Origin: Bacteroidales bacterium
GTDB taxonomy: Bacteria > Bacteroidota > Bacteroidia > Bacteroidales > UBA4417
Length of the DNA: 59,133 bases
NCBI GenBank assembly: GCA_038322655.1
Contig: JBBQGD010000002.1
Location: 1-59,133, forward strand
Direction: 5' to 3'
In this document: in pieces, positions 9,950 through 19,039 of the stretch
Position numbering within the stretch: the first letter of the stretch is position 1
How the letters are laid out: the number at the start of each line of letters is the position of its first letter
Made by a program: the position numbers and the translations under genes
Notes under the pieces: model-generated
What the model was told of the DNA's origin: nothing
The model's input: the letters and a program-made list of their open reading frames with translations, nothing else
Databases searched by the model: none

Positions 9950-9986
9950 GACAACAACAAAATCGAATTATTGAAAGGCATTCTTG

Positions 9987-10991
9987 ATGAAAGTCTTGAT
10001 GATTAACCAGAGCGAAGTGAAACAGCTTTTGCCGATGGACGAGTGCATGGATGTGATGGCGGATACACTGAAAACACTGAGCGAAGGCAATGCAATTTTG
10101 CCTTTACGTCCGGTGATGTGGCTGCCGGAAAAGGTAGGGGCGTTGGGGATGATGCCCAGCTATTTGGGCAGCATCGGCATGATGGGCTTAAAAGTCGTGA
10201 GCGTTTTTCCGGGTAACCACGGCACAGAATATGATTCACATATCGGTGCGGTGATGCTGTACGAAACCAAACATGGTCAACTGTTGGCGATTGTGGATGC
10301 CAGCGAGATTACCGCTATTCGTACAGCAGCCGTGAGTGGTGTGGCAACACAGACTTTGGCACGGGAAGATGCCAGCGATTTAACCATTATGGGTGCGGGA
10401 ATACAAGGCAAATCACATTTAGCAGCGATGTTGGTTGCAAGGAATATCAAGCGGGTAAGGATTTGGAGTCGCAACCTTGAACATAGCAAAGCCTTTGCCG
10501 AACGTGAAGGCAAACGTTATGACATCAAAATCGAAGCGATTGCTGATGCACAGCGGGCGGTTGAGGGTGCGGATATTATTTGCACAACCACATCATCACC
10601 AGAACCGATTTTGAAGGGCGAATGGCTGCAAGCCGGTGTGCATGTGAATGCGGTGGGGTCGAGTGTAGCATTTACACGGGAATTGGATACAGCGGCAGTC
10701 GTCAAATCCAAGCTGTTTGTTGACCGAAAAGAATCGACGGTCAATGAGGCAGGTGACTTCTTGTTTCCAAAGAAGGAAGGTGCAATTGATGACAGCCATA
10801 TCAAAGGTGATTTGGGTGATGTACTGCTTGGCAAGTTAAAAGGCAGGGAATCAGCCGACGAGATTTCGCTGTTCAAGTCTTTGGGATTAGCGGTTGAAGA
10901 CGTGGCATCAGCACATCATATCTACACCAAAGCCTTAGAAAGAAACATGGGGATTGCTGTCGAGTTGGGAGGCAGCCGACATGACGACTAA
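9987..10991 (+). CDS. Ornithine cyclodeaminase / mu-crystallin family protein
   Basis: ATG at 9987 lies 8 nt after GAAAGG; the ORF track begins 3 nt earlier at TTG. Rossmann motif MGAGIQG and typical OCD_Mu_crystallin length and layout. Confidence 0.85.
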   Translation: MKVLMINQSEVKQLLPMDECMDVMADTLKTLSEGNAILPLRPVMWLPEKVGALGMMPSYLGSIGMMGLKVVSVFPGNHGTEYDSHIGAVMLYETKHGQLLAIVDASEITAIRTAAVSGVATQTLAREDASDLTIMGAGIQGKSHLAAMLVARNIKRVRIWSRNLEHSKAFAEREGKRYDIKIEAIADAQRAVEGADIICTTTSSPEPILKGEWLQAGVHVNAVGSSVAFTRELDTAAVVKSKLFVDRKESTVNEAGDFLFPKKEGAIDDSHIKGDLGDVLLGKLKGRESADEISLFKSLGLAVEDVASAHHIYTKALERNMGIAVELGGSRHDD

Positions 10992-11937
10992 TCCGATCAG
11001 TTTGGAAGATATTCAAGCGGCGAGAGAACGGATTGCGGGTTCGGTTATCAGAACACCGTTGATTAAACTCAACGTGGACAATACACCAGCCGAAATTTAC
11101 CTCAAGCTGGAGAATTTGCAGCCGATTGGATCATTTAAATTACGCGGTGCGAGTAATGCGATGGCTTTAGCAGCACCAGAACAATTGGCAAAAGGTGTGT
11201 ATACCTGTAGTGCTGGCAATATGGCTCAAGGGGTGGCATGGAATGCGAGACGTTTAGGGATTCCATCGACGGCAATTGTGCCTGACCATGCACCAGAAAC
11301 CAAGTTAGCGGCGATTAAACGGTTGGGCGGTGAGATCATCAAAGTGCCGTTTGACGAGTGGTGGAAGGTGATGGTGACTCATCAATATGCAGGGATGGAA
11401 GGGTTATTTATACATCCGGTGAGTGATCCAGCGGTAATGGCGGGTAACGGTACAATCGGGTTGGAGATTTTAGAAGATCTGCCAGATGTGGACACGATTG
11501 TGATTCCGTATGGCGGTGGTGGATTAAGCTGCGGCGTGGCAACAGCGGTACGAGCATTAAAAACAAAGATTCTCATTTATGCGGGCGAAGTGGAAACTTC
11601 AGCAGCATTTGCAGGAGCGTTAGAAGCAGGCGAAAAAGTTGCCATCAACTATCAGGCGAGTTTTGTGGATGGCATCGGCAGTGGCAGCGTTTTGGATGAT
11701 ATGTGGCCTTTGGCGAAAATGCTGTTGGATGGGTCTTTGGTAATGTCCTTGGCGGAAGTAGCAGATGCGATTCGGCTGCTGGCAGAACGTAACCGTGTGA
11801 TTGCCGAGGGTGCAGGTGCAACACCAGTGGCAGCAGCATTATCTGGCAAAGCGGGTGGCGGCAAAGTGGTGTGTATTGTGTCGGGTGGCAACATCGACTT
11901 TGAAAAGCTGACTAAGATTTTTAAGCGAGAAATCTGA
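10981..11937 (+). CDS. Threonine ammonia-lyase / serine-threonine dehydratase family PLP enzyme
   Basis: I prefer the ATG at 10981 (MTTNPISLEDIQAARERI). It overlaps the upstream stop by 11 nt. Contains the PLP-lysine motif SFKLRGA and a glycine loop GGGGL. The stop codon TGA is part of the first unit of the downstream repeat. Confidence 0.8.
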   Translation: MTTNPISLEDIQAARERIAGSVIRTPLIKLNVDNTPAEIYLKLENLQPIGSFKLRGASNAMALAAPEQLAKGVYTCSAGNMAQGVAWNARRLGIPSTAIVPDHAPETKLAAIKRLGGEIIKVPFDEWWKVMVTHQYAGMEGLFIHPVSDPAVMAGNGTIGLEILEDLPDVDTIVIPYGGGGLSCGVATAVRALKTKILIYAGEVETSAAFAGALEAGEKVAINYQASFVDGIGSGSVLDDMWPLAKMLLDGSLVMSLAEVADAIRLLAERNRVIAEGAGATPVAAALSGKAGGGKVVCIVSGGNIDFEKLTKIFKREI

Positions 11938-12169
11938 GTGCTGAGTGCTGAGTGCTGAGTGCTGAGTGCTGAGTGCTGAGTGCTGAGTGCTGAGTGCTGA
12001 GTGCTGAGTGCTGAGTGCTGTGTGCTGAGTGCTGAGTGCTGAGTGCTGAGTGCTGAGTGCTGAGTGTTGAGTGCTGAGTGCTGAGTGCTGAGTGCTGAGT
12101 GTTGAGTGTTGAGTGCTGAGTGCTGAGTGTTGAGTGTTGAGTGCTGAGTGTTGAGTGCTGAGTGCTGAG
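11934..12169. repeat. Heptanucleotide tandem repeat (CTGAGTG)n, 33 units plus a 5-nt partial unit
   Basis: Counted by hand: 26 consensus units, six TTGAGTG variants (units 20, 25, 26, 29, 30, 32) and one CTGTGTG (unit 13). Confidence 0.97.
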
Positions 12170-12289
12170 ACAGGGTATCAAAAACATTTGAATGCTCTAA
12201 TCTGACAATTGATGAATCAAAGTACAATGCACCGGATATTTTTATTTAGTAATCGAGGTCTGGATTTTTCTAAAACCATGCCAAATGAT

Positions 12290-13366
12290 TTATACAAAAA
12301 AATCTATTTCAAGGTTCATATAAAAATGGAGGCTTTCGCGTATTAGTTTTTCACCGGGATATTGATCATAAACAGGCTCTCCTATTTTGCGGATAAGCGA
12401 AAAATTTAATTTCGAAACTTCGGAATTCTTTTTATCGTGACTCATTAATACCAGAATTTCATCAGCCGAGCCGGGCTTAAACCGGTAATGCGGAAATTGC
12501 CAGCTTACCAGGTTGGAAATTTTCCTCAAATCATTTACATCCAAACCAAACATCCGCATCGAGATAAAACTTTCGCAAATCAATCCTATAGCTACGGCTT
12601 CGCCGTGCAATAGCGGGTCCGGATCATTTTTCTGAGAATAGGATTCAATGGCATGCCCGATGGTATGTCCAAAATTGAGAACCTTTCGTAAACCACTTTC
12701 CACAAGGTCTTTACTGACAACTTCAGTTTTAACCAAGGCTGAGGCAAGAATACTATTTTCATTACAAACCTTTTCGGGCGAGTTAAGCAGGATTAGTTTC
12801 TCAAAATGTTCCTCGCTGTCGATCATTGAGTGTTTAATCAATTCAGCAAATCCCGAAAGTTTTTGCCTGGCCGGCAGTGTTTGCAGAAACTCAGTAAATA
12901 TAAATACTGCCTTAGGGAGCGAAATTACGCCTATCTGATTTTTAACTGAATTAAAGTTTATACCATTTTTGCCACCTAATGCAGCATCTACCATGGCAAG
13001 TAATGTGGTCGGGATATGAATAAAATTCATTCCCCGCTTAAAAGTAGCTGCAGCAAATCCTCCAATATCCGTAATTACTCCTCCTCCCAGGCAAATCATC
13101 AATGAATTCCGAACGGCACCGCCCTCAACCAGGCTGGTCCACACTTTTTCGGCGACGGCAATGGTTTTATTCGATTCGTTTACTGGAATTTCTATAACCC
13201 TGGCGTCGTCGAGCCCTGAACATTTTTCTTTCAGGAGCGGCAAACAAAATTTATGGGTATTTTCATCAACCAGTATAAAAATACCGGCCTGACTGTAATC
13301 CGGAATCATTTCCTGCAAACGGGTCCAACCTTTGAAACCGGAATATATTGAGTCAGCTTTGTTCAT
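12290..13366 (-). CDS. aroB: 3-dehydroquinate synthase
   Basis: 358 aa. Motifs GGGVITDIGGFAAATFKRG, LAMVDAALGGKNGIN and GHTIGHAIE are typical of AroB. Confidence 0.85.
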   Translation of the reverse strand: MNKADSIYSGFKGWTRLQEMIPDYSQAGIFILVDENTHKFCLPLLKEKCSGLDDARVIEIPVNESNKTIAVAEKVWTSLVEGGAVRNSLMICLGGGVITDIGGFAAATFKRGMNFIHIPTTLLAMVDAALGGKNGINFNSVKNQIGVISLPKAVFIFTEFLQTLPARQKLSGFAELIKHSMIDSEEHFEKLILLNSPEKVCNENSILASALVKTEVVSKDLVESGLRKVLNFGHTIGHAIESYSQKNDPDPLLHGEAVAIGLICESFISMRMFGLDVNDLRKISNLVSWQFPHYRFKPGSADEILVLMSHDKKNSEVSKLNFSLIRKIGEPVYDQYPGEKLIRESLHFYMNLEIDFFV

Positions 13367-13613
13367 AATATCTGCAATAATACTCTTTTAATTCTTCAAC
13401 CACTCAACATTTATTTGTGCCAAATGGTTTTATATCCTCCCTTAACAATTATTGAACCAAATTAATATCTATAAAACCTGAATAGATAACAAATGTTCAT
13501 ATAAGAAGCTTGTGGTATCCAAGTTCTATGTTTACCTGTTAAACTGTTATGCTTCAAGGCAATTTAATAAAAAAGGACACATCTGTCAGATTTTCACCAG
13601 TTTCTCAAAACCT

Positions 13614-15725
13614 TCACTTTTCTATCTGGCTTAGCGCGGTTTTTACCTCTTTTGAAGGGAGTTTACACAGTTTATTACGGCAAACGTAAATCGTAGTCTG
13701 CCCTTTAACCATTCGGTTTTTGAGTAATTCTAAATTCCCTTCGTTGATGCCGCCCGATAAAAACACGTTAGGTAAATAATGTGTATCAAATTCCTTGCGC
13801 CTGGCTTCGAAGTTATTACCTACAATCGCTATTTCGTATGGTTCGCTGGCAAACCAGGCCATTAAAATATCCCAGTTTGCATAATACGTGCCACCTTTCA
13901 GTGCATTTTGCTTCACATTGTTGAGCATTTTTTTCGACATGCCGATATATTCCTCATTGTAAAAATACTGTCCCAGCACAAAAAGATTTTTTGCCATTTC
14001 AGAATTGGACGAAGGGATCACATTATCTGTTACTTCCATCTTACGGGCTATCAGGGCAGGATCCAGATCAGAGGTATAATAAAACATTCCGCTGTTTTTA
14101 TCGTAAAAATGGGCCAGAGAATAATCAGTCAATTGCCGTGCTTCCTGCAACCACTTTTCGTCGAAAGTGGCCTGGTACAGCGAAATGAAAGCACTGATCG
14201 TAAAGGCATAATCATCTGAAAACGCGTTGATCGAAGCTTTCCCGTTTTTAAAGTTCCGGTACAAGCGGTTGTCGGCCGTTTTGATTCTGGTATTGATAAA
14301 GAGGGCATTTTTCAAGGCAATATCCAGATATTTCTTGTCATTAAAAACCCGGTAGGCATCGACATAAGCCTTCAGCATAAGTGCATTCCACGATGTAAGG
14401 ATTTTATCGTCCAGCCTGGGCCGCACACGCTTTTCTCTTTCCTGGTATAAGCGTTTCTTCGCTGCCGAAACCCTTTTTATTAATTCGTTTTCAGAGATTT
14501 TGTATTTTTCCGCAACTTTTTTATCTGATCCCGATTTGAACAATATATTTACGTTTTGTTCCCAATTTCCGTTTTCAGTAACATTGTAATAATCCATTAT
14601 TAATCCGGCATCATCTCCCAATACTTCCTGTAGTTCGCCTTCGGTCCACACGTAGAATTTGCCTTCCTCTCCTTCACTGTCAGCATCCAGCGAGGAATAA
14701 AATCCGCCCTCTTCCGAGCTGAGTTCGCGTTGAATAAAATTGAGGGTTTCATTCACAATAACTTTGTATAAGGGATCTTTGGTTTGCTGATATGCTGCTG
14801 AATACAGGCTTACAAGCTGGGCATTATCATAGAGCATCTTTTCGAAATGTGGCACCTTCCAATACGCATCAGTCGAATATCGGGAGAAGCCTCCGCCCAC
14901 CTGGTCGTATATTCCGCCATCAGACATCTTACCTAATGTTATGGAAACAGCCTGAAATGCATCCGGATTATGAGTAAGATAATTATAATGAAGCAAAAAC
15001 TGGTAGCCTATTGGCAACGGGAACTTAAGGGCCCTTTTATGGCCTCCATCGATGTAATCAACATCACTTTTCCACGATGAGAAAATACGGTTTAAGTCGT
15101 CTAAACTAAATTCTGAATTTGCTTCATTCTCATAAAATATTTCACCCGAATTCACGCCTTCGGTAAGTGATTTTGCCTGATCTTCTGCCTTTTCGGGATT
15201 TTTATTGATAAAATCTGAAACCTGTTTCAACATATCCAGCCACTGAGCTTTAGGAAAATAGGTTCCGCCATATACAGGCCTTCCATCCGGCAAGGCAATG
15301 CAATTCAGCGGCCAGCCTCCGCTACCGGTGAGTAATTGAACGGCATTCATATATATTTGATCAATGTCCGGTCTTTCTTCCCTATCTACTTTGACAGACA
15401 CAAAATGTTTGTTCATAAAATCGGCGACCTCCTCGTTTTCGAAACTTTCGTGCTCCATTACATGGCACCAGTGGCAGGCAGCATACCCAATACTGATGAT
15501 GATCAGTTTATTTTCTTTCCTTGCTTTATCCAGAGCTTCTTTGCCCCATGGATACCAGTTTACAGGGTTGTGGGCGTGCTGCAATAAATAAGGACTGCTT
15601 TCGTGAATAAGCTGGTTGGTAAATTTAAATCCGGTTGATTTCATGGTGTCATTTTTTTCCCGCGATTGCCCGCAGGAGGTTAAAACAAGGATGTAAAACA
15701 GTAAAACAGAAGTTAATTGTTTCAT
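13614..15725 (-). CDS. Thioredoxin-domain protein of the DUF255 / YyaL family, with a six-hairpin C-terminal domain
   Basis: 703 aa. Lipoprotein-type signal (LVLTSCGQS), then [10 protein letters not shown]...[16 protein letters not shown], the hallmark N-terminus of this family. Confidence 0.85.
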   Translation of the reverse strand: MKQLTSVLLFYILVLTSCGQSREKNDTMKSTGFKFTNQLIHESSPYLLQHAHNPVNWYPWGKEALDKARKENKLIIISIGYAACHWCHVMEHESFENEEVADFMNKHFVSVKVDREERPDIDQIYMNAVQLLTGSGGWPLNCIALPDGRPVYGGTYFPKAQWLDMLKQVSDFINKNPEKAEDQAKSLTEGVNSGEIFYENEANSEFSLDDLNRIFSSWKSDVDYIDGGHKRALKFPLPIGYQFLLHYNYLTHNPDAFQAVSITLGKMSDGGIYDQVGGGFSRYSTDAYWKVPHFEKMLYDNAQLVSLYSAAYQQTKDPLYKVIVNETLNFIQRELSSEEGGFYSSLDADSEGEEGKFYVWTEGELQEVLGDDAGLIMDYYNVTENGNWEQNVNILFKSGSDKKVAEKYKISENELIKRVSAAKKRLYQEREKRVRPRLDDKILTSWNALMLKAYVDAYRVFNDKKYLDIALKNALFINTRIKTADNRLYRNFKNGKASINAFSDDYAFTISAFISLYQATFDEKWLQEARQLTDYSLAHFYDKNSGMFYYTSDLDPALIARKMEVTDNVIPSSNSEMAKNLFVLGQYFYNEEYIGMSKKMLNNVKQNALKGGTYYANWDILMAWFASEPYEIAIVGNNFEARRKEFDTHYLPNVFLSGGINEGNLELLKNRMVKGQTTIYVCRNKLCKLPSKEVKTALSQIEK

Positions 15726-16403
15726 TAATATTTTTTTCAGTCAGTTTGTTCGCCTATAGAATGAAGCATACTTAAAACCCGGGAACTGTAAGTTGGCTGT
15801 ATGCCGTATCAACATCACTTTTTGAATACGTGGTAGTATAATGAATGAAACACGCTACAGGAATATATGTTTAACGCGTGCGGGTGGGAAGATATCCTTT
15901 GCCAGGCTTTAAAAAATAAAAAATGGATTTAGTTTTTTTATTCTGCACCATTCATGCTTAGTATTAAGACAAAAGTAAAACGCTAAAAAAGGCAGTTGAA
16001 AACCTTTTTCATAGTACTCTTTGAAGATTTTTTTTTACAAATAAAACAATGCTCAAGGTACCTATAAATGTAAATATGGGGCCAACAGGTATTCAATTTT
16101 TTATTTTACAACTAATTTGCATAGCGATTAAAGTGGCTTTTTAATCTTTTAATTAATATCTTTGTTGATGCCCTATTTTAGCTATCGGGTTATACCGTCT
16201 GATTAGGTAGAATACTAATTAAAATCCAAACAAAAAAAAGTTCAGTACATTTTGACCTTTTCTGAAATATATCGGTACCAAAGTCACAACTGTGAATAAA
16301 AAATAAAAGGCGTTATTCGGAAAAACTTGATTCAGATTTCGTCAAAGGAAACCAAACTCTATAAAATTCAGAGCCCGATAAACCCAAAAATTAAAATTAT
16401 CCA

Positions 16404-16919
16404 ATGAAAATAAAATGGTTTATTCTCATGCTAACGGCATCCTTATTTATTAGTTGTCAAAAAGATGAAAAACCTGAAATCAAAAATGAAAAACAAGATT
16501 TAAACGAAAGCAACTTAGCTTTCTTAAATTCCGACTGGACTTTCGCATCAACAGGAGATTCATTGAATAACCAGGTTATCGGATTATGGTTATCGGACGA
16601 AATAAGTTATAATTCGATCGATTGCACTGATTGTGACAGCTTATTTACGTGGGTTATTGAATCGACAGGACAAATGGTGAAAAGAAATAATAATTGGGGC
16701 GATCATGAAACCCAATACGGAATTTGGGCGGTTGACGAAACCAAAAAAAATATTTTATTCAGCTATAAACAATACTTCGTCGCGGGCTTACGTGATGATT
16801 ATGTGATAATTACGGATACGATCAGTATTGAACAATTAGAATTGCCCTATTTATGGACACGCCAGATTATTGCTGAAAACACAACGCTTGATGTAAAATT
16901 CAGCAAACTGAATAAATAA
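16404..16919 (+). CDS. Hypothetical lipoprotein
   Basis: 171 aa with signal plus lipobox (LFISCQKDE). I recognise no family. Coding status rests on ORF length and the signal peptide only. Confidence 0.5.
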   Translation: MKIKWFILMLTASLFISCQKDEKPEIKNEKQDLNESNLAFLNSDWTFASTGDSLNNQVIGLWLSDEISYNSIDCTDCDSLFTWVIESTGQMVKRNNNWGDHETQYGIWAVDETKKNILFSYKQYFVAGLRDDYVIITDTISIEQLELPYLWTRQIIAENTTLDVKFSKLNK

Positions 16920-17277
16920 AAACGAATTATTGCAAAGTCCTATAAAACAGGCGGTTTTTGGTTAAAATTAAGTTTCGTTACCGTGCTGCCATCCGAAATA
17001 ACAGGCACTTTAGCACTACACTTCTAGGTGCAGCCTTGCCTTTAGTCTACCCACTCTAATCAGGCCGGGATATTGTTAGCGAAGCTCATAGTTTAAAGCA
17101 GTCCGTTAATCCCTTCAATTTTCAACTGCCTCCCGAATAATTTTTCCATAACTGCGATAAATGTGAACGGTATGTTTTCTTTTCAATCAACCGTAAAGCG
17201 AAGCCGATATAATTATACCAATAGAAAATAATTTTCATACAAAGCAGCCTCTTCGCTCAATCGTCTGAAAAGCTTTA

Positions 17278-17285
17278 TACATTTG
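17278..17285 (+). promoter_or_regulatory. Candidate Bacteroidota -7 promoter element (TAnnTTTG)
   Basis: TACATTTG ends 20 nt before the proline dehydrogenase ATG. No clear -33 TTTG partner was seen. Confidence 0.3.
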
Positions 17286-17305
17286 CACCCTTAAAGATAT
17301 TCTAT

Positions 17306-18472
17306 ATGATTTCATTCGAAAACACCGAAATAGCATTTCGTTATAAGACTGACAATGATTTAAAGCGGGCACGTCTGCTTTTCGGTACCATTGCTAACCC
17401 GGGACTTGTAAAAATAGGAAAATCACTTACTTACCTTGCTCTGAATTTACATTTACCTATCGCCTGGGCCATCAAACCAACCTTATACAAACATTTTGTA
17501 GGAGGCGAAACCCTAGATGAATGCGAAAAAACCGTTAAACTGTTAAGCAAGTACCAGGTGAAATCCATTCTCGATTATTCGGTCGAAGGTGGAAAAGACC
17601 AGGAAACCATGCAACGCACACTCGACGAAACCCTACGTTCAGTGGTTCACGCAGGCAAACATCCCGATATTCCCTTTTCGGTTTTTAAACCTACTGCATT
17701 TGCATCCCAACAGGTGCTTACAAGTGCTTCGGAGAATACAGATATCGGCAGTAGCACTAACAAAGCCATTCAATTTTTCATTCAAAGTGTTGAACAGCTG
17801 TGTAAAACAGCTTTTGAAAATGATATCCCCATCATGATCGATGCCGAAGATTCGTGGTACCAGCCCTTTGTCGACCAGGTTGTTACCGGAATGATGGAAA
17901 AGTACAACAAGCAGAAAGCTATAGTTTACAACACATTACAAATGTACAGGACCGACAGGCTTGAATTTCTGAAAGAATCGTTACGGAAAGCTGAAAAAGG
18001 CAATTATTTCCTGGGAATAAAATTTGTTCGGGGCGCATATATGGAGAAGGAACGATTACGTGCAAGTGAAAAAGGGTACTCCTCACCTATTCAGCCCGAT
18101 AAAGCAGCTACAGACCGTAATTACGATGAAGGCATAGCATTTTCGGTCGCCCACCTCGACCGGATTTCAGTTTTTAACGGTTCGCACAACGAAAACAGCA
18201 ACCGATTGCTGACTGAACTTATGGAAAAACACGGACTTGCCCGGAATGATAACAGGATATGGTTCTCGCAACTTTATGGAATGAGCGATCATATAAGCTT
18301 TAACCTGGCAAGTGAGGGCTATAATGTCACAAAATATATACCTTACGGACCGGTACGCAACATATTACCTTATTTGCTCAGGCGCGCCGAAGAGAACACG
18401 TCTATTGCCGGTCAGACAGGTCGCGAACTGATTTTGCTAAAGCAAGAACAGAAGCGTAGACAGAAAGTGTGA
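17306..18472 (+). CDS. Proline dehydrogenase (monofunctional, PutA-N-like)
   Basis: 388 aa. The length and C-terminal motifs (YGMSDHISF, YIPYGP...LPYLLRRAEENTS) fit the stand-alone proline dehydrogenases of Bacteroidota. Confidence 0.8.
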   Translation: MISFENTEIAFRYKTDNDLKRARLLFGTIANPGLVKIGKSLTYLALNLHLPIAWAIKPTLYKHFVGGETLDECEKTVKLLSKYQVKSILDYSVEGGKDQETMQRTLDETLRSVVHAGKHPDIPFSVFKPTAFASQQVLTSASENTDIGSSTNKAIQFFIQSVEQLCKTAFENDIPIMIDAEDSWYQPFVDQVVTGMMEKYNKQKAIVYNTLQMYRTDRLEFLKESLRKAEKGNYFLGIKFVRGAYMEKERLRASEKGYSSPIQPDKAATDRNYDEGIAFSVAHLDRISVFNGSHNENSNRLLTELMEKHGLARNDNRIWFSQLYGMSDHISFNLASEGYNVTKYIPYGPVRNILPYLLRRAEENTSIAGQTGRELILLKQEQKRRQKV

Positions 18473-19039
18473 GATATCTAAAACATAGCATTCTAAATAA
18501 AACTAAGGCATTATATGATTTGTATTCTGATTAGTAAATGATGGAATATAATACAAATCAAGGATTAAATTCAACTATTGTGATTGAGGCAGGTAGGTGT
18601 AAAACCTTTGAAGGGTTCGCCTGGCGACTAACATATTACAATTTCAACTCTTGATTCGCAAGTAAGATTATCACATTATTAAAAGGAAGCCAAAAGATAT
18701 TAAGCTATCTACGTTAAATTATTTTCTGTTGTTAAAAATCCTTAACGGGATACTTTGTCAGGCATATTGTCGTTTTAAATAGCAATATACTATCTTTGCC
18801 ACCCAAAATTTATCTCCATGACGAAATAGCCATGATTCTGCAATCACTCCAAAAAGGTGGTTTTAATAACCCTATTATTCCTAAAAACTTTCAGGACGAA
18901 ATGTCCGGTTTAAAAACAAATGGTAACCAGATGAAATAGCCATGATAGAATTTTCTCTTTAACCGGAAATGATCTAATGGCTTATTCTATCCCGATAAAT
19001 CGGGACAAGTAATGACCTTTAAAAAAAAATAAATTACAC

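Noticed and set aside
11934-12169. Could the regular repeat array be a CRISPR array?
   Set aside because: The period is 7 nt with no spacers, and there are no cas genes in the window. It is a simple microsatellite-type tandem repeat.
11652-12227. 191-aa and 88-aa minus-strand ORFs (11652..12227 and 11921..12187) encoding HSALSTQ/HSALNTQ heptapeptide repeats
   Set aside because: They exist only because (CACTCAG)n has no stop codon in any frame. The 191-aa ORF also runs antisense through the 3' end of the dehydratase-like gene. There is no start context or protein-like sequence outside the repeat.
15726-16403. 678-nt AT-rich intergenic region, examined for ncRNA, tRNA or promoter elements; the same was done for 16920..17305 and 25033..25488
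   Set aside because: I could not find a cloverleaf, a conserved riboswitch-like core, a convincing stem-loop series or a clean TAnnTTTG match. Long AT-rich spacers are ordinary in Bacteroidota.
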